Assembly (NCBI GenBank): GCA_043820105.1
Contig: JBDREC010000103.1
Span: forward strand, 15,405 to 79,404
DNA: 64,000 nt
Origin: Pseudomonadota bacterium
GTDB lineage: Bacteria; Bdellovibrionota_F; JAHFAK01; JBDREC01
Reading direction: 5' to 3'
Shown: positions 49,339 through 58,778 of the stretch, piece by piece
Layout of the letters: the number at the start of each line of letters is the position of its first letter
Position numbering within the stretch: the stretch's first letter is position 1
The notes under the pieces: generated by a model
The model's database searches: none
What the model was told of the DNA's origin: nothing
The model's input: the letters and a program-made list of their open reading frames with translations, nothing else
Position numbers and translations under genes: made by a program

Positions 49339-50748
49339 ATGACCAAAAAAGAACTGGATTTAATTTTACATGAAGGGGAAAACTATAAAATCGAGTTCAA
49401 AGAAAATGTTAACTCTGATTTGTCAAAAGAAATGGTTGCTATGGCAAATTCATCTGGAGGTAGGATATTTATTGGGATTAATGATAAAAACGAAGTAATA
49501 GGTGTGAAAGCAACAAATGCTTTGTTATCTAAAATTCAGAATATGGCCCAGGATTGTGATCCCTCAATTATTATCAACATTAATACTTATAAAAATATTT
49601 TAATTATTAATGTTAAAGAAGGTTTAAATAAACCATATCGCTGTAGTAAAGGTTTTTATACTAGGAATGGTTCAAATTCACAGAAAATGACAACCAGAGA
49701 GATAACTGAATTTGTGCAAGCAGAAGGTAATGTTAGGTTTGATGAAAAGCTTCGGGAAGATATAAATATAAGTAAAAAAATTAAAAAAGAACTGCTTAAT
49801 CATTATTTGCAATTAGCAAACATTAATAAGACAATGGATGATGAATTTATACTAGAAAATTTAGGAGTACTGGAGCAAAAGAATAAGAAATCATATCTTA
49901 ATAATGCTGGGCTATTGTTTTTTTGCGATTCTACTAACCCACATCTTCATTATGCAAATATTACTTGTGCTTTATACAAGGGCAGTGAAAAGCTAAATGT
50001 TTTGGACAGAAAAGATTTTTCATCTGATATAATTTCTAATATCGAAGATACCATGTTGTTTTTGAAAAAGCATTTAAATCTTAGATATGAAATAACATCA
50101 TTAAGAAGAAAGGAAATTCTTGAGCTGCCTGAAGTTGCTTTGCGTGAAGCAGTAGTCAACGCTGCTTGCCACAGAGACTATTTTGAAAAAGGTGCCAATA
50201 TTATGGTTGAGATATTTGATGATAGGGTCCAAATAACTAACCCTGGTGGATTGCCTAAAGGCTTGTTACCAGAAAAATTTGGAACCAGAAGCGTATCAAG
50301 AAATCCTTTAATCACTTCATTGTTCCATCGTGTTGGCTACATTGAAAAAATGGGAACAGGTATAGGTAGAATAAGAAAGTCCCTCAAGGAATCAGGTAAT
50401 TCAGAAGCTGTATTTGAATATGACAGTTTTTTTTCAGTGATATTTAAAAGATCTATCTTAGAAAATGGAGCTAGTTCAGACATACAAGTTACCGGACAAG
50501 TCACCGGACAAGTTCCCGAACATGTCACCAAACTACTTAGTATATGCAAAGGAGAGTTGTCTCGTAGTGAATTGCAGGATATATTAAAATTAAAGCACAG
50601 AGAGAACTTTGTGAATTTATATCTAAACCCAGCATTGGAATCTGCTTTTATCGAAATGACAATTCCAGGCAAACCAAGATCAAGCAAACAAAAATACCGC
50701 TTAACAAAAAAAGGGAAAGATTATTTAAAGAAACTGCCTGAAAATTAA
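49339..50748 (+). CDS. Schlafen/AlbA_2-like domain protein with HATPase_c_4-like domain and C-terminal wHTH (COG2865-type regulator)
   Basis: N-terminal KELDLILHEGENYKIEFKE ... ANSSGGRIFIGIND; central REAVVNAACHRDYF ... NPGGLP ... SRNPLI ... MGTGIGRI; VTGQVTGQV linker repeat; start at ATG 49339 with GGAG RBS. Confidence 0.6.
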   Translation: MTKKELDLILHEGENYKIEFKENVNSDLSKEMVAMANSSGGRIFIGINDKNEVIGVKATNALLSKIQNMAQDCDPSIIININTYKNILIINVKEGLNKPYRCSKGFYTRNGSNSQKMTTREITEFVQAEGNVRFDEKLREDINISKKIKKELLNHYLQLANINKTMDDEFILENLGVLEQKNKKSYLNNAGLLFFCDSTNPHLHYANITCALYKGSEKLNVLDRKDFSSDIISNIEDTMLFLKKHLNLRYEITSLRRKEILELPEVALREAVVNAACHRDYFEKGANIMVEIFDDRVQITNPGGLPKGLLPEKFGTRSVSRNPLITSLFHRVGYIEKMGTGIGRIRKSLKESGNSEAVFEYDSFFSVIFKRSILENGASSDIQVTGQVTGQVPEHVTKLLSICKGELSRSELQDILKLKHRENFVNLYLNPALESAFIEMTIPGKPRSSKQKYRLTKKGKDYLKKLPEN

Positions 50749-50752
50749 GCAC

Positions 50753-50890
50753 GTGAGTGAACGAATAGGTGTTTCGCAGTCAACTTATTTCCAGTGGGAG
50801 GTTGAATCGTTTCCAACGAAGCCGGTTTATTATAAGATGCTGGCTAAGCTTTATGGGTTTGATGTTGATAGGTTGATGTTTGGGGGGTGA
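50753..50890 (+). pseudogene. Duplicated 3' fragment of the xre-like gene (approx 85% identical to 49100-49260)
   Basis: Direct nucleotide comparison; begins right after the Schlafen-like gene stop; lacks the 5' part of the HTH. Confidence 0.55.
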
Positions 50891-51172
50891 TTAAAGGGAT
50901 AAATAGCGTCCTTATGACCTGCCACAGAATAAGATTATTAATTAGTTGGTAGGGACGAGGGGGCAAAGGTGTTGTTGCTTAATTCAGCTTGATAGCTATC
51001 ATATTTATCGCAAAAGAGATTATGTTTTATCAATATTCATTGTTGCTATTTCTCGTAATTCTTATCACATTTGGAGGTGTTGAAAATTATAGTAAAAAAT
51101 ATTATGCAATACGAAAAAAAATGATGAAAAAGAACGAGCAGATGGCTTGTGTAATCAATTGGGGGATATCAG

Positions 51173-51418
51173 ATGAAAAATGATGATACAATAAGAGTTT
51201 CAGAATTAATAGAAATTCTAAATAAATACCCAAAAGATATGGTAGTTGTAACAGATGGATATGAAAGCGGTTATGAAAATATACTTTACCCTGGAATAAT
51301 TGATGTTATCCTGGAACCTGAAAACATGTATTTTGACGGTGAATATCAAAATGCTAACGATAAGGATAAAAACAAACTTGAAGTATTAGCTATTAGGCGA
51401 AATAAAAGATGGGATTAA
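51173..51418 (+). CDS. Hypothetical small protein (81 aa)
   Basis: GGGGGA RBS approx 7 nt upstream of ATG. Confidence 0.35.
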   Translation: MKNDDTIRVSELIEILNKYPKDMVVVTDGYESGYENILYPGIIDVILEPENMYFDGEYQNANDKDKNKLEVLAIRRNKRWD

Positions 51419-51729
51419 GGGGAGGATCACCATGAAGCTTAAAATGAAAAATTAGAGAAGGTTTCTATAAATTGTGCAGGATCTTCAACGCTTGGTGATT
51501 CTGAAGAAGATAATGCCAATTGCTATTCAGTTTATAAATTTACCTACAACAGGATTGAGGAAGAGCAAATAAAGATGATTGAATAATTGTAAATAAAAAA
51601 TATTTAATTTATCTGAAAATTTAGGATGGTTTTGTTTAAGGATGATTTGAATTTAATGTATCTTATTGCTATTTATTTTCTTGTATTTAAACATATATTG
51701 AAAAGTATCAAAGGGGAAAATGAAAAAAA

Positions 51730-52413
51730 ATGTGTTTTAAATCTTATTTATCTTTCCATGTCATAACATCAACATATTTAGTTCTTTTAATGTGTATAGC
51801 AATCCTTACGTGTTTTTATGGTACGGTAATAATAATACTTTTAAAAAACACGGATAAGAAAAATAGGGGAAAATTCATTAAAAGCTACTTTACCAAAGAC
51901 AAACTATATAAGGAAAGTGCAAGTTTAGGGGCATTTATTGCCCTGATTTTATCCTATTTTTACCTTTATTACAAAAGCAATGGAATAGGAGATATACGAT
52001 TCATAGTTGCACTTGAAGAGAGTCCTCTTATAAGCCTTATATGGAGTGCATTTGCAATTGGTTTTATAATAAGAGCTTTTTATCATGGATTTTGTGAAAT
52101 AAGAGATGCAAGAGTTATTGTTAAGGGATATAAAAAATGGATTAAATGGAAGAGATTTCACTTCGTTTGGTCTATAGCAGAAATATTATCCATGTTTATT
52201 CCGTCTACTTTAATTGTAAAAGGATGGATAAAAGGCTTGTCTTTGGGAGTAAGAATATTAAGCCCTGTGCTTCGGAAGGCACTGTCTAAAAAGGTTGATA
52301 AAATAATTCATTCAGAAATATCAAAATCCATTGGGGCAGCAATTATTAATGGCGTCCTGGAATATTTTGCAAGAATAGTATTTATTCTTTTAGCGATTAA
52401 CATTGTGACTTAA
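51730..52413 (+). CDS. Hypothetical polytopic membrane protein
   Basis: Several predicted TM helices; no motif recognised. Confidence 0.4.
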   Translation: MCFKSYLSFHVITSTYLVLLMCIAILTCFYGTVIIILLKNTDKKNRGKFIKSYFTKDKLYKESASLGAFIALILSYFYLYYKSNGIGDIRFIVALEESPLISLIWSAFAIGFIIRAFYHGFCEIRDARVIVKGYKKWIKWKRFHFVWSIAEILSMFIPSTLIVKGWIKGLSLGVRILSPVLRKALSKKVDKIIHSEISKSIGAAIINGVLEYFARIVFILLAINIVT

Positions 52414-52980
52414 TTCATTGAGATTTAATAAAATATATAAAAATCCAAATTGTTTAAAAACATCGGTTTGCTAGCCGCTTACATTGGAAATAAAATAAAT
52501 ATATACAATGGAAAATTAAATTTTTTTTTTAACACCTGAGCTTATATGGTGGTTGTGATGGTATTGGCCCATATAGGATAACTGAAGACGATGGGAAATG
52601 TGCCTAATAAGCCAAGGGATTTTATAAAGGTTCTTCTGGAAAAGGAATCTGCCATAAGATTTTCCTATTTATGATTATTTGCATATTCAGGAAAATGCAC
52701 TATAACAGATGGTTGTGACAGGTTAGGGCATTTGCATGAAGAAAATTTTAGAACACCTGATATCGAAGATTATACTTTAATATCAAAATTAGCAAGTTAT
52801 GGGTGCAATGAAAACATGATTTCATGATTTGAAATAACAATTATGTGTAAGGTTTGCAAAAAGATGACTACAAATAAGAAAATTTGGTATTTCAAATCAT
52901 ATCAATTCAAATAGATAAAATATTACTTCATTTTCTTATTCAAAATTAATAAATCACAGATATTTATATAATTGATAAAC

Positions 52981-54804
52981 TTAATTAATTCTTTTTAAAT
53001 ATACATGTACTTGTTCATAAATTTCCTTATAAGTTCCATCTTTCTTCAACCAGTTATTTGTATCAGTAGATATCCAATCTTCTTTTTTATATTCTTTTTT
53101 TCCTTCCTTTTTTACATCTAATCTATTTTGTAATGAATTGATAATTTTTAAAATATAGTTATCAAAATCTTCTCCAATCTCCAAGCAATACTGTGAATTT
53201 TTTGAAATATATTTTTGACCGTGTAATGTTTTAAGTTTATCTTTTAAATTATCAATAGTTGAAATACTATTAATATCATTTTTGAAAAAATAGATTGCAC
53301 TCAAAGCAAGTATTACATCATTTATATAATTATTTTGAAGAATTTCATACTTCATAATATTATTGTTTTTTATCTGATTAATCTTTTCTGATATTCTATA
53401 AGATAGCATTAATTTATGAAATTGGTCTTCTTCATTTATTGTCATGCTAAAAATATTATCATAACAATGATCTGAAAAAACAAGTTTATATCTTCCTTTT
53501 GTAGATATTGGTATTTGGAGAAAAAAAGACATAAAAGATATTCCAATATCTATGTTCTTAATCTTTAAATGCAAAGGACTTTTACCAAAAGGATTACGGT
53601 ACTTGCTTTTTTCAACAGTTGCCCATTCACCGTCCTTTTTGTCATAAAAGATTCCAACATCATCAAGGAATTTAAAAATTTTAACTTGTATTCTATCACC
53701 TGAATGTAGATCTCTTGTGCTAATAGCATTTTGACTATTACTGGCAACAGCAATATCCTTTGAAATTTTTGAAATTTTTGATTTTTTATTTATTTTTGTA
53801 AGTCGCATTAGAATCTGTACATTGTCAGGCAATTCGTTTACAATTCTTGTTAATGTCTTTGTAGTCTGTCCACCATTAACAATTTGAAAATTAGTAATCT
53901 GTAGTTTATTTTCATTTAATATCTTAAAGTCTTCACATATTGAATTGATACCATTGTTTAATATCCAAAAATTGGAACGACTACCTTTTGAGTATTCGTG
54001 TTTAATTTTTGAATTGATTTCATTTTCTCCTTTATAATAACGGACATTTAAAGCTAAAATCATCTCTTTATGTTTTTCTATTATAGGCCTCAAGGAGTTC
54101 GCTTTTATACTCGTAACAATAGTTTCAATTTCGGTTTTATCGTTATCATCATAAAAGTTTGAACATTTTTTAAAATATTCTTTTTCTACAATATCTATGA
54201 TTATTTCATTTTTAGGCATTTCAGTATCATCATAAAGCATTTCAAGACGGTTATAGTCAAAAAAATCAGGATAAAAATTAATTCCTTTATCTTCATAATT
54301 AGTGAATAATGCCATTATGTCAGTTTTGATATTGGTAGAATCAAAGGTGTTGTCTATATAATAAAAGTAAATATTATAATTATTATTTTCAATATTTTGA
54401 GGTGTTAATAAAGTATTAATTTCGTTATCAATTATTTTTTGTAACTTTTTGTTCGGTTTTTGCTCATCATAATTTATTTTTAAAAGCCGATCTATAAATT
54501 TTTTATTTTTTCTAATCTCATCTGTATTTAATAGATTATTATTTGAATATTTGAATTGAAATACATATATATCATGGTTATTTTGATTAGTAAAAATAGC
54601 ATCATTCCCTAAATCATTTGACATATCAACAATGTGCTCTTTAATGAACTCATTAATGTCTATGCCATCGTAGTCAAATTCAATTATTTTCCTGCTAAAA
54701 CACTCTTTAATAATAAAATGACCAAATGCTGTACCATCATTAGGATAATTAAAGGTTTCTCTTAAATCTGAAACCTGATCTTTTATTCTTTCATAAAAAC
54801 TCAT
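52981..54804 (-). CDS. AIPR-like abortive-infection family protein (putative)
   Basis: N-terminal restriction-endonuclease-like region (YDGIDI ... GNDAIF ... IYVFQFKYS) and central FQIVNGGQTTKTL motif as recalled for AIPR; start set at ATG 54804 with AGGAGA RBS. Confidence 0.45.
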   Translation of the reverse strand: MSFYERIKDQVSDLRETFNYPNDGTAFGHFIIKECFSRKIIEFDYDGIDINEFIKEHIVDMSNDLGNDAIFTNQNNHDIYVFQFKYSNNNLLNTDEIRKNKKFIDRLLKINYDEQKPNKKLQKIIDNEINTLLTPQNIENNNYNIYFYYIDNTFDSTNIKTDIMALFTNYEDKGINFYPDFFDYNRLEMLYDDTEMPKNEIIIDIVEKEYFKKCSNFYDDNDKTEIETIVTSIKANSLRPIIEKHKEMILALNVRYYKGENEINSKIKHEYSKGSRSNFWILNNGINSICEDFKILNENKLQITNFQIVNGGQTTKTLTRIVNELPDNVQILMRLTKINKKSKISKISKDIAVASNSQNAISTRDLHSGDRIQVKIFKFLDDVGIFYDKKDGEWATVEKSKYRNPFGKSPLHLKIKNIDIGISFMSFFLQIPISTKGRYKLVFSDHCYDNIFSMTINEEDQFHKLMLSYRISEKINQIKNNNIMKYEILQNNYINDVILALSAIYFFKNDINSISTIDNLKDKLKTLHGQKYISKNSQYCLEIGEDFDNYILKIINSLQNRLDVKKEGKKEYKKEDWISTDTNNWLKKDGTYKEIYEQVHVYLKRIN

Positions 54805-54903
54805 AATAAATCTCCTATTTAAAAATTCAATTGTATCTATCATGTCATGAATTAATAGTCAAAATTCACTCAAGCTAATTAAAAAATTTGGTTCTCGTCC
54901 GTC

Positions 54904-55506
54904 TTACGATAACAACTTCGCGATAGATGGAACTATAAGATCGTGACTTAAACCTTGAGTATGCCGGGCGGAATGATCCAGATCAGGCATCTGGTTTTTT
55001 ATACATTTTGATTCCGTGTGATAATAAATATTATTCAATGCACCTTCGTGTATAAAACGCTTTTTAAGATTTGCTATATTTTTTTTATTTGAACCTCCCC
55101 AGACATACCATCTCCATGGAAAGACTCTATTTTCAGAATCACATTTGGGAGGTTTATCATAATTCGACAGTTCGATAATTGCTTCATCTAGTGAGGGATT
55201 ACATAAGTAAAACAAATTCTGAACCTGAATATATGAATTTCTGGAATATGTTTTGTTAGAATATTCATAGGCTTTTTCAACGATTGAACGAACATTCGGT
55301 AATAGTTTGTCATTTGACAGTTTAATTTTTTGAATTCCCGATATTGACAGATCAGTGGGTTTTGCAGAACCCGGGTTCTTTCCTGCAATTGCTCCAATGC
55401 ATGTATCGTTTGCTTCAGGTTTTGCAATAGATTCAAGATATATTCTTGTATCAAACCTGAAAATATTGGAGCCATCCTTTTTAAATATTGCCCAATAGAA
55501 AGCCAT
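54904..55506 (-). CDS. DUF1643-like protein
   Basis: CIGAIAGKNPGSAKPTD, IQVQNLFYL and WYVWGG resemble the DUF1643 pattern recalled from memory; GAGGTG RBS. Confidence 0.4.
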   Translation of the reverse strand: MAFYWAIFKKDGSNIFRFDTRIYLESIAKPEANDTCIGAIAGKNPGSAKPTDLSISGIQKIKLSNDKLLPNVRSIVEKAYEYSNKTYSRNSYIQVQNLFYLCNPSLDEAIIELSNYDKPPKCDSENRVFPWRWYVWGGSNKKNIANLKKRFIHEGALNNIYYHTESKCIKNQMPDLDHSARHTQGLSHDLIVPSIAKLLS

Positions 55507-55872
55507 AAATCACCTCTTATTAAAATATATTCTTATTGATACCTTAATCAACCTTCACAATAATTACATTAGTCCACCTTGCAAGACTCATTTTAATGAA
55601 TATATTACCTGGAAATCAATATGCCAAAAAATAATTAGAGCAAAGCTCAAATCTTTGTGTTTTCATTTAATTTATGGATACAGTAAACAAATCTATAGGG
55701 AAGCGTGAATATATCTATAATATCGAAGCGCAGTTCATCTATTTTCTTTTTTGTTTTACCATGACAAATATCAAGAATATATTTTTTAAGATTAAAGATT
55801 ATTCTCTATTTATTATTATGTATTATTCTTATTGGAATATAAATAAGGTTGTTTTTTAGGTTGAATTTTAAT

Positions 55873-56142
55873 TTAGCTATTTGCAAATCTTAATCCCATA
55901 AAAGGTATTTCTTCAATTTCAAGATCCTTCCATCCAGTATATCCAAAAACCATATCTGATAATTTTCCCTTTATACGGTATTCATCATAGACTTTTTTTC
56001 CTTCTGTGCTGGCGAAGATAACCTTACCTTTTATCACTATATTTTTGTTGGAATCTTTCTTTTTTTCCTTAAAATTATCCAGCAAAACAAAAGTATTAGG
56101 ATACATTTTTTTAATTTCATCCCATGTCATTAGTTCTTCCAT
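55873..56142 (-). CDS. Hypothetical small protein (89 aa)
   Basis: ORF only. Confidence 0.3.
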   Translation of the reverse strand: MEELMTWDEIKKMYPNTFVLLDNFKEKKKDSNKNIVIKGKVIFASTEGKKVYDEYRIKGKLSDMVFGYTGWKDLEIEEIPFMGLRFANS

Positions 56143-56306
56143 TTTGATTATCCATTTAATGTTTTATTTAATATTTAATAATTTATAATTTTACATATCT
56201 TACGAATAAAGGCAATACGAATTAAATAGGTTTTTAAAAAAAATAATCCAAAGATTGACCCAATCTGACAAACATTCATGATAAATAAGTCTGTTTAAAA
56301 TTAAAT

Positions 56307-58727
56307 ATGATTAACAAAGGAAAACTGGTGAATATGATGGATACTAAATATGGTTTTTCACATTTGCATTTGCATACCCAATATAGTCTGCTGGATTCAA
56401 CAATAAAAATAAGTGATCTTATAGAAACAGTTAAAAAACTAGACATGGACTCTGTAGCAATTACAGACCATGGAAATCTTATGGGAGCGATTGAATTCTA
56501 CAAGGAAGCAAAAAAACAGGATATAAAAGCAATTATAGGCTCTGAGGTTTATATTGCACAAACTGGGCGTTTTGATAAAAGTACAAAACTGCATCATCAT
56601 CTTGTTCTGCTCGCGGAAAACAATACTGGGTACATTAATCTCATAAAACTTGTCAGCATAGGATATACAGAAGGATATTATAATGTCCCAAGAATAGACA
56701 ACGAAGTTTTAAGGCAACATTCTGAAGGACTAATAGGACTATCTGGTTGTATGGGTGGAGAAATTCCGCATTACATTTTAAGAGATGAACTTTCCACAGC
56801 AATTAAAGCTGCAATGGAATATAAAACAATTTTTGGAGCTGAAGCATTTTATCTTGAACTTCTGGAAACAGGATTGTCAGGTCAGAAAAAAGTAAATGAC
56901 GGACTTATTCATATATCAAAAGAATGTAACATTCCCCTTGTTGCTACTAACAATTGTCATTATTTAAAAAAAGAAGAGCATCAGGTTCATGCAGTTTTAT
57001 CGTGTATTCAAGCAGGGAAAACATTAGATGAAATCGAAATTGAAACTGATCAGCTATATCTGAAATCAGCACATGAAATGCTGGACCTTTTCAAGGATCA
57101 TCCTGAAGCAATCCAAAACACAAAGAAAATTGCAGACAGATGCAACGTAGAAATTGAACTTGGCAGGAAACAGCTGCCTCATTTTCAGACACCGGAAAAA
57201 ATTTCTCATGCAGCTTTTCTTGAAAAACTTGCCTTTGAAGGATTGGATATGAGATTTGACACAATTATAAGCGATAGGAACATATCAAAATACACTAAGA
57301 GATTGAAACATGAACTTGAAGTTATAAATAACAAAGGATTTGCTGCATATTTCCTTGTGGTCTGGGATTATGTAAAATATGCCATGGAAGCAGGGATTCC
57401 AGTGGGACCTGGAAGAGGTTCCTCTCCAGGTTGTCTTGTTGCTTATTTGCTAGGAATAACAGACATTGATCCGGTAAGATACAGCCTGCATTTTGAAAGG
57501 TTTCTGAATCCTGACAGGGATATATTGCCTGATTTTGATATAGACTTCGGCTACGATCAAAGGGATGAAGTTATAGAATACATTACAAAAAAGTGTGGGA
57601 AAAACAAGGTATCCAAAATAATAACATATGTAACTTTCAGAGCAAGAAGTGTCATCAGGGATGTAGGAAGAGCTCTTAATATTCCATATGACGAGGTTGA
57701 TAAGGTAGTAAAGCTTTTATCTGAATTTTTTGATATGAGTCTTGAAAGAGCATTAGAGCTTAAACCAGAACTTAATAAAATACATGAAAAAAACAAAATA
57801 TACCAGGATCTAATTAGGTTTTCATTCACATTAGAGGGACTTAAGCGTCACACAGGTGTTCATACATGTGGCATTGTAATATCTCCAAAAGCACTTACCC
57901 AATATATTCCATTATATTGCAACACATCTGGTGATCAGATAAGTCAGTTTACAAAAGATGAACTGGAAGATATAGGACTTGTAAAATTTGATATTCTTGG
58001 TCTTAAAGCATTAACCGTTTTGGATAATGCCTGTAAACTGATAAATAAAAATGGTGATGAAATATTTGATATAAAACAAATACTACATGATGATCCAAAA
58101 GTATTTGAACTGCTTACATCAGGAAACACATCAGGTGTTTTCCAGTTTGAAAGTTGTGGAATTAAGGATATCATAAAAAAGATAAAACCAGACTGTTTTG
58201 AAGATATAATTGCAGCTTACGCATTATACAGACCAGGTCCATTAGCCAGCGGCATGACAGAAGATTTTTGGAAAAGAAAACATGGACTCATTGCAAGCAA
58301 TTATCCACATCCAAAGCTTGAAGATATTTTAAAAGTAACATATGGAATTATTGTCTACCAGGAACAGATAATGGAAGCAGCTTCAAGAATTGCAGGATTG
58401 CCTTTTCAACAGGCGGATATTTTACGCAGAATAATGGGCAAGAAGAAAGCCAATCAAATAGAAAAGCAAAAGGAAATCTTCGTAGAAGGTGCCAGGAAAA
58501 ATGATATATCATATGAAAAAGCAAATGAGATATTTGATCTTTTAGAATATTATTCAGGATACGGTTTCAACAAGGCACATGCTGCAGCTTATGCATTGAT
58601 CTCATACAGATGCGCATATCTTAAATGTCATTATCCTATGGAATATTCTGCAGCCTTAATATCTTCAGAAAAAGATAACCCTGAAAAGGCATTGAGATAT
58701 CTTAAGGAATGGAAAAGCATGAATTAA
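56307..58727 (+). CDS. dnaE: DNA polymerase III alpha subunit (DnaE), C-terminally truncated: PHP domain and polymerase core only (806 aa)
   Basis: PHP motif FSHLHLHTQYSLLD; polymerase-core GYGFNKAHAAAYALISYRCAYLKCHYP; ends about 45 residues after this motif, where a full-length DnaE would continue for several hundred residues. Confidence 0.7.
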   Translation: MINKGKLVNMMDTKYGFSHLHLHTQYSLLDSTIKISDLIETVKKLDMDSVAITDHGNLMGAIEFYKEAKKQDIKAIIGSEVYIAQTGRFDKSTKLHHHLVLLAENNTGYINLIKLVSIGYTEGYYNVPRIDNEVLRQHSEGLIGLSGCMGGEIPHYILRDELSTAIKAAMEYKTIFGAEAFYLELLETGLSGQKKVNDGLIHISKECNIPLVATNNCHYLKKEEHQVHAVLSCIQAGKTLDEIEIETDQLYLKSAHEMLDLFKDHPEAIQNTKKIADRCNVEIELGRKQLPHFQTPEKISHAAFLEKLAFEGLDMRFDTIISDRNISKYTKRLKHELEVINNKGFAAYFLVVWDYVKYAMEAGIPVGPGRGSSPGCLVAYLLGITDIDPVRYSLHFERFLNPDRDILPDFDIDFGYDQRDEVIEYITKKCGKNKVSKIITYVTFRARSVIRDVGRALNIPYDEVDKVVKLLSEFFDMSLERALELKPELNKIHEKNKIYQDLIRFSFTLEGLKRHTGVHTCGIVISPKALTQYIPLYCNTSGDQISQFTKDELEDIGLVKFDILGLKALTVLDNACKLINKNGDEIFDIKQILHDDPKVFELLTSGNTSGVFQFESCGIKDIIKKIKPDCFEDIIAAYALYRPGPLASGMTEDFWKRKHGLIASNYPHPKLEDILKVTYGIIVYQEQIMEAASRIAGLPFQQADILRRIMGKKKANQIEKQKEIFVEGARKNDISYEKANEIFDLLEYYSGYGFNKAHAAAYALISYRCAYLKCHYPMEYSAALISSEKDNPEKALRYLKEWKSMN

Positions 58728-58778
58728 AAGATCAACTATGACAAATTGCACACATAAATCTCATCAGGACAGAGATAT

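Noticed and set aside
50950-50965. Extra REP copy suggested by a shared CCCCTCGTC 9-mer with the REP at 46567-46588
   Set aside because: A 9-nt match is within chance expectation for a 64-kb window and the flanking sequence does not match the REP core.
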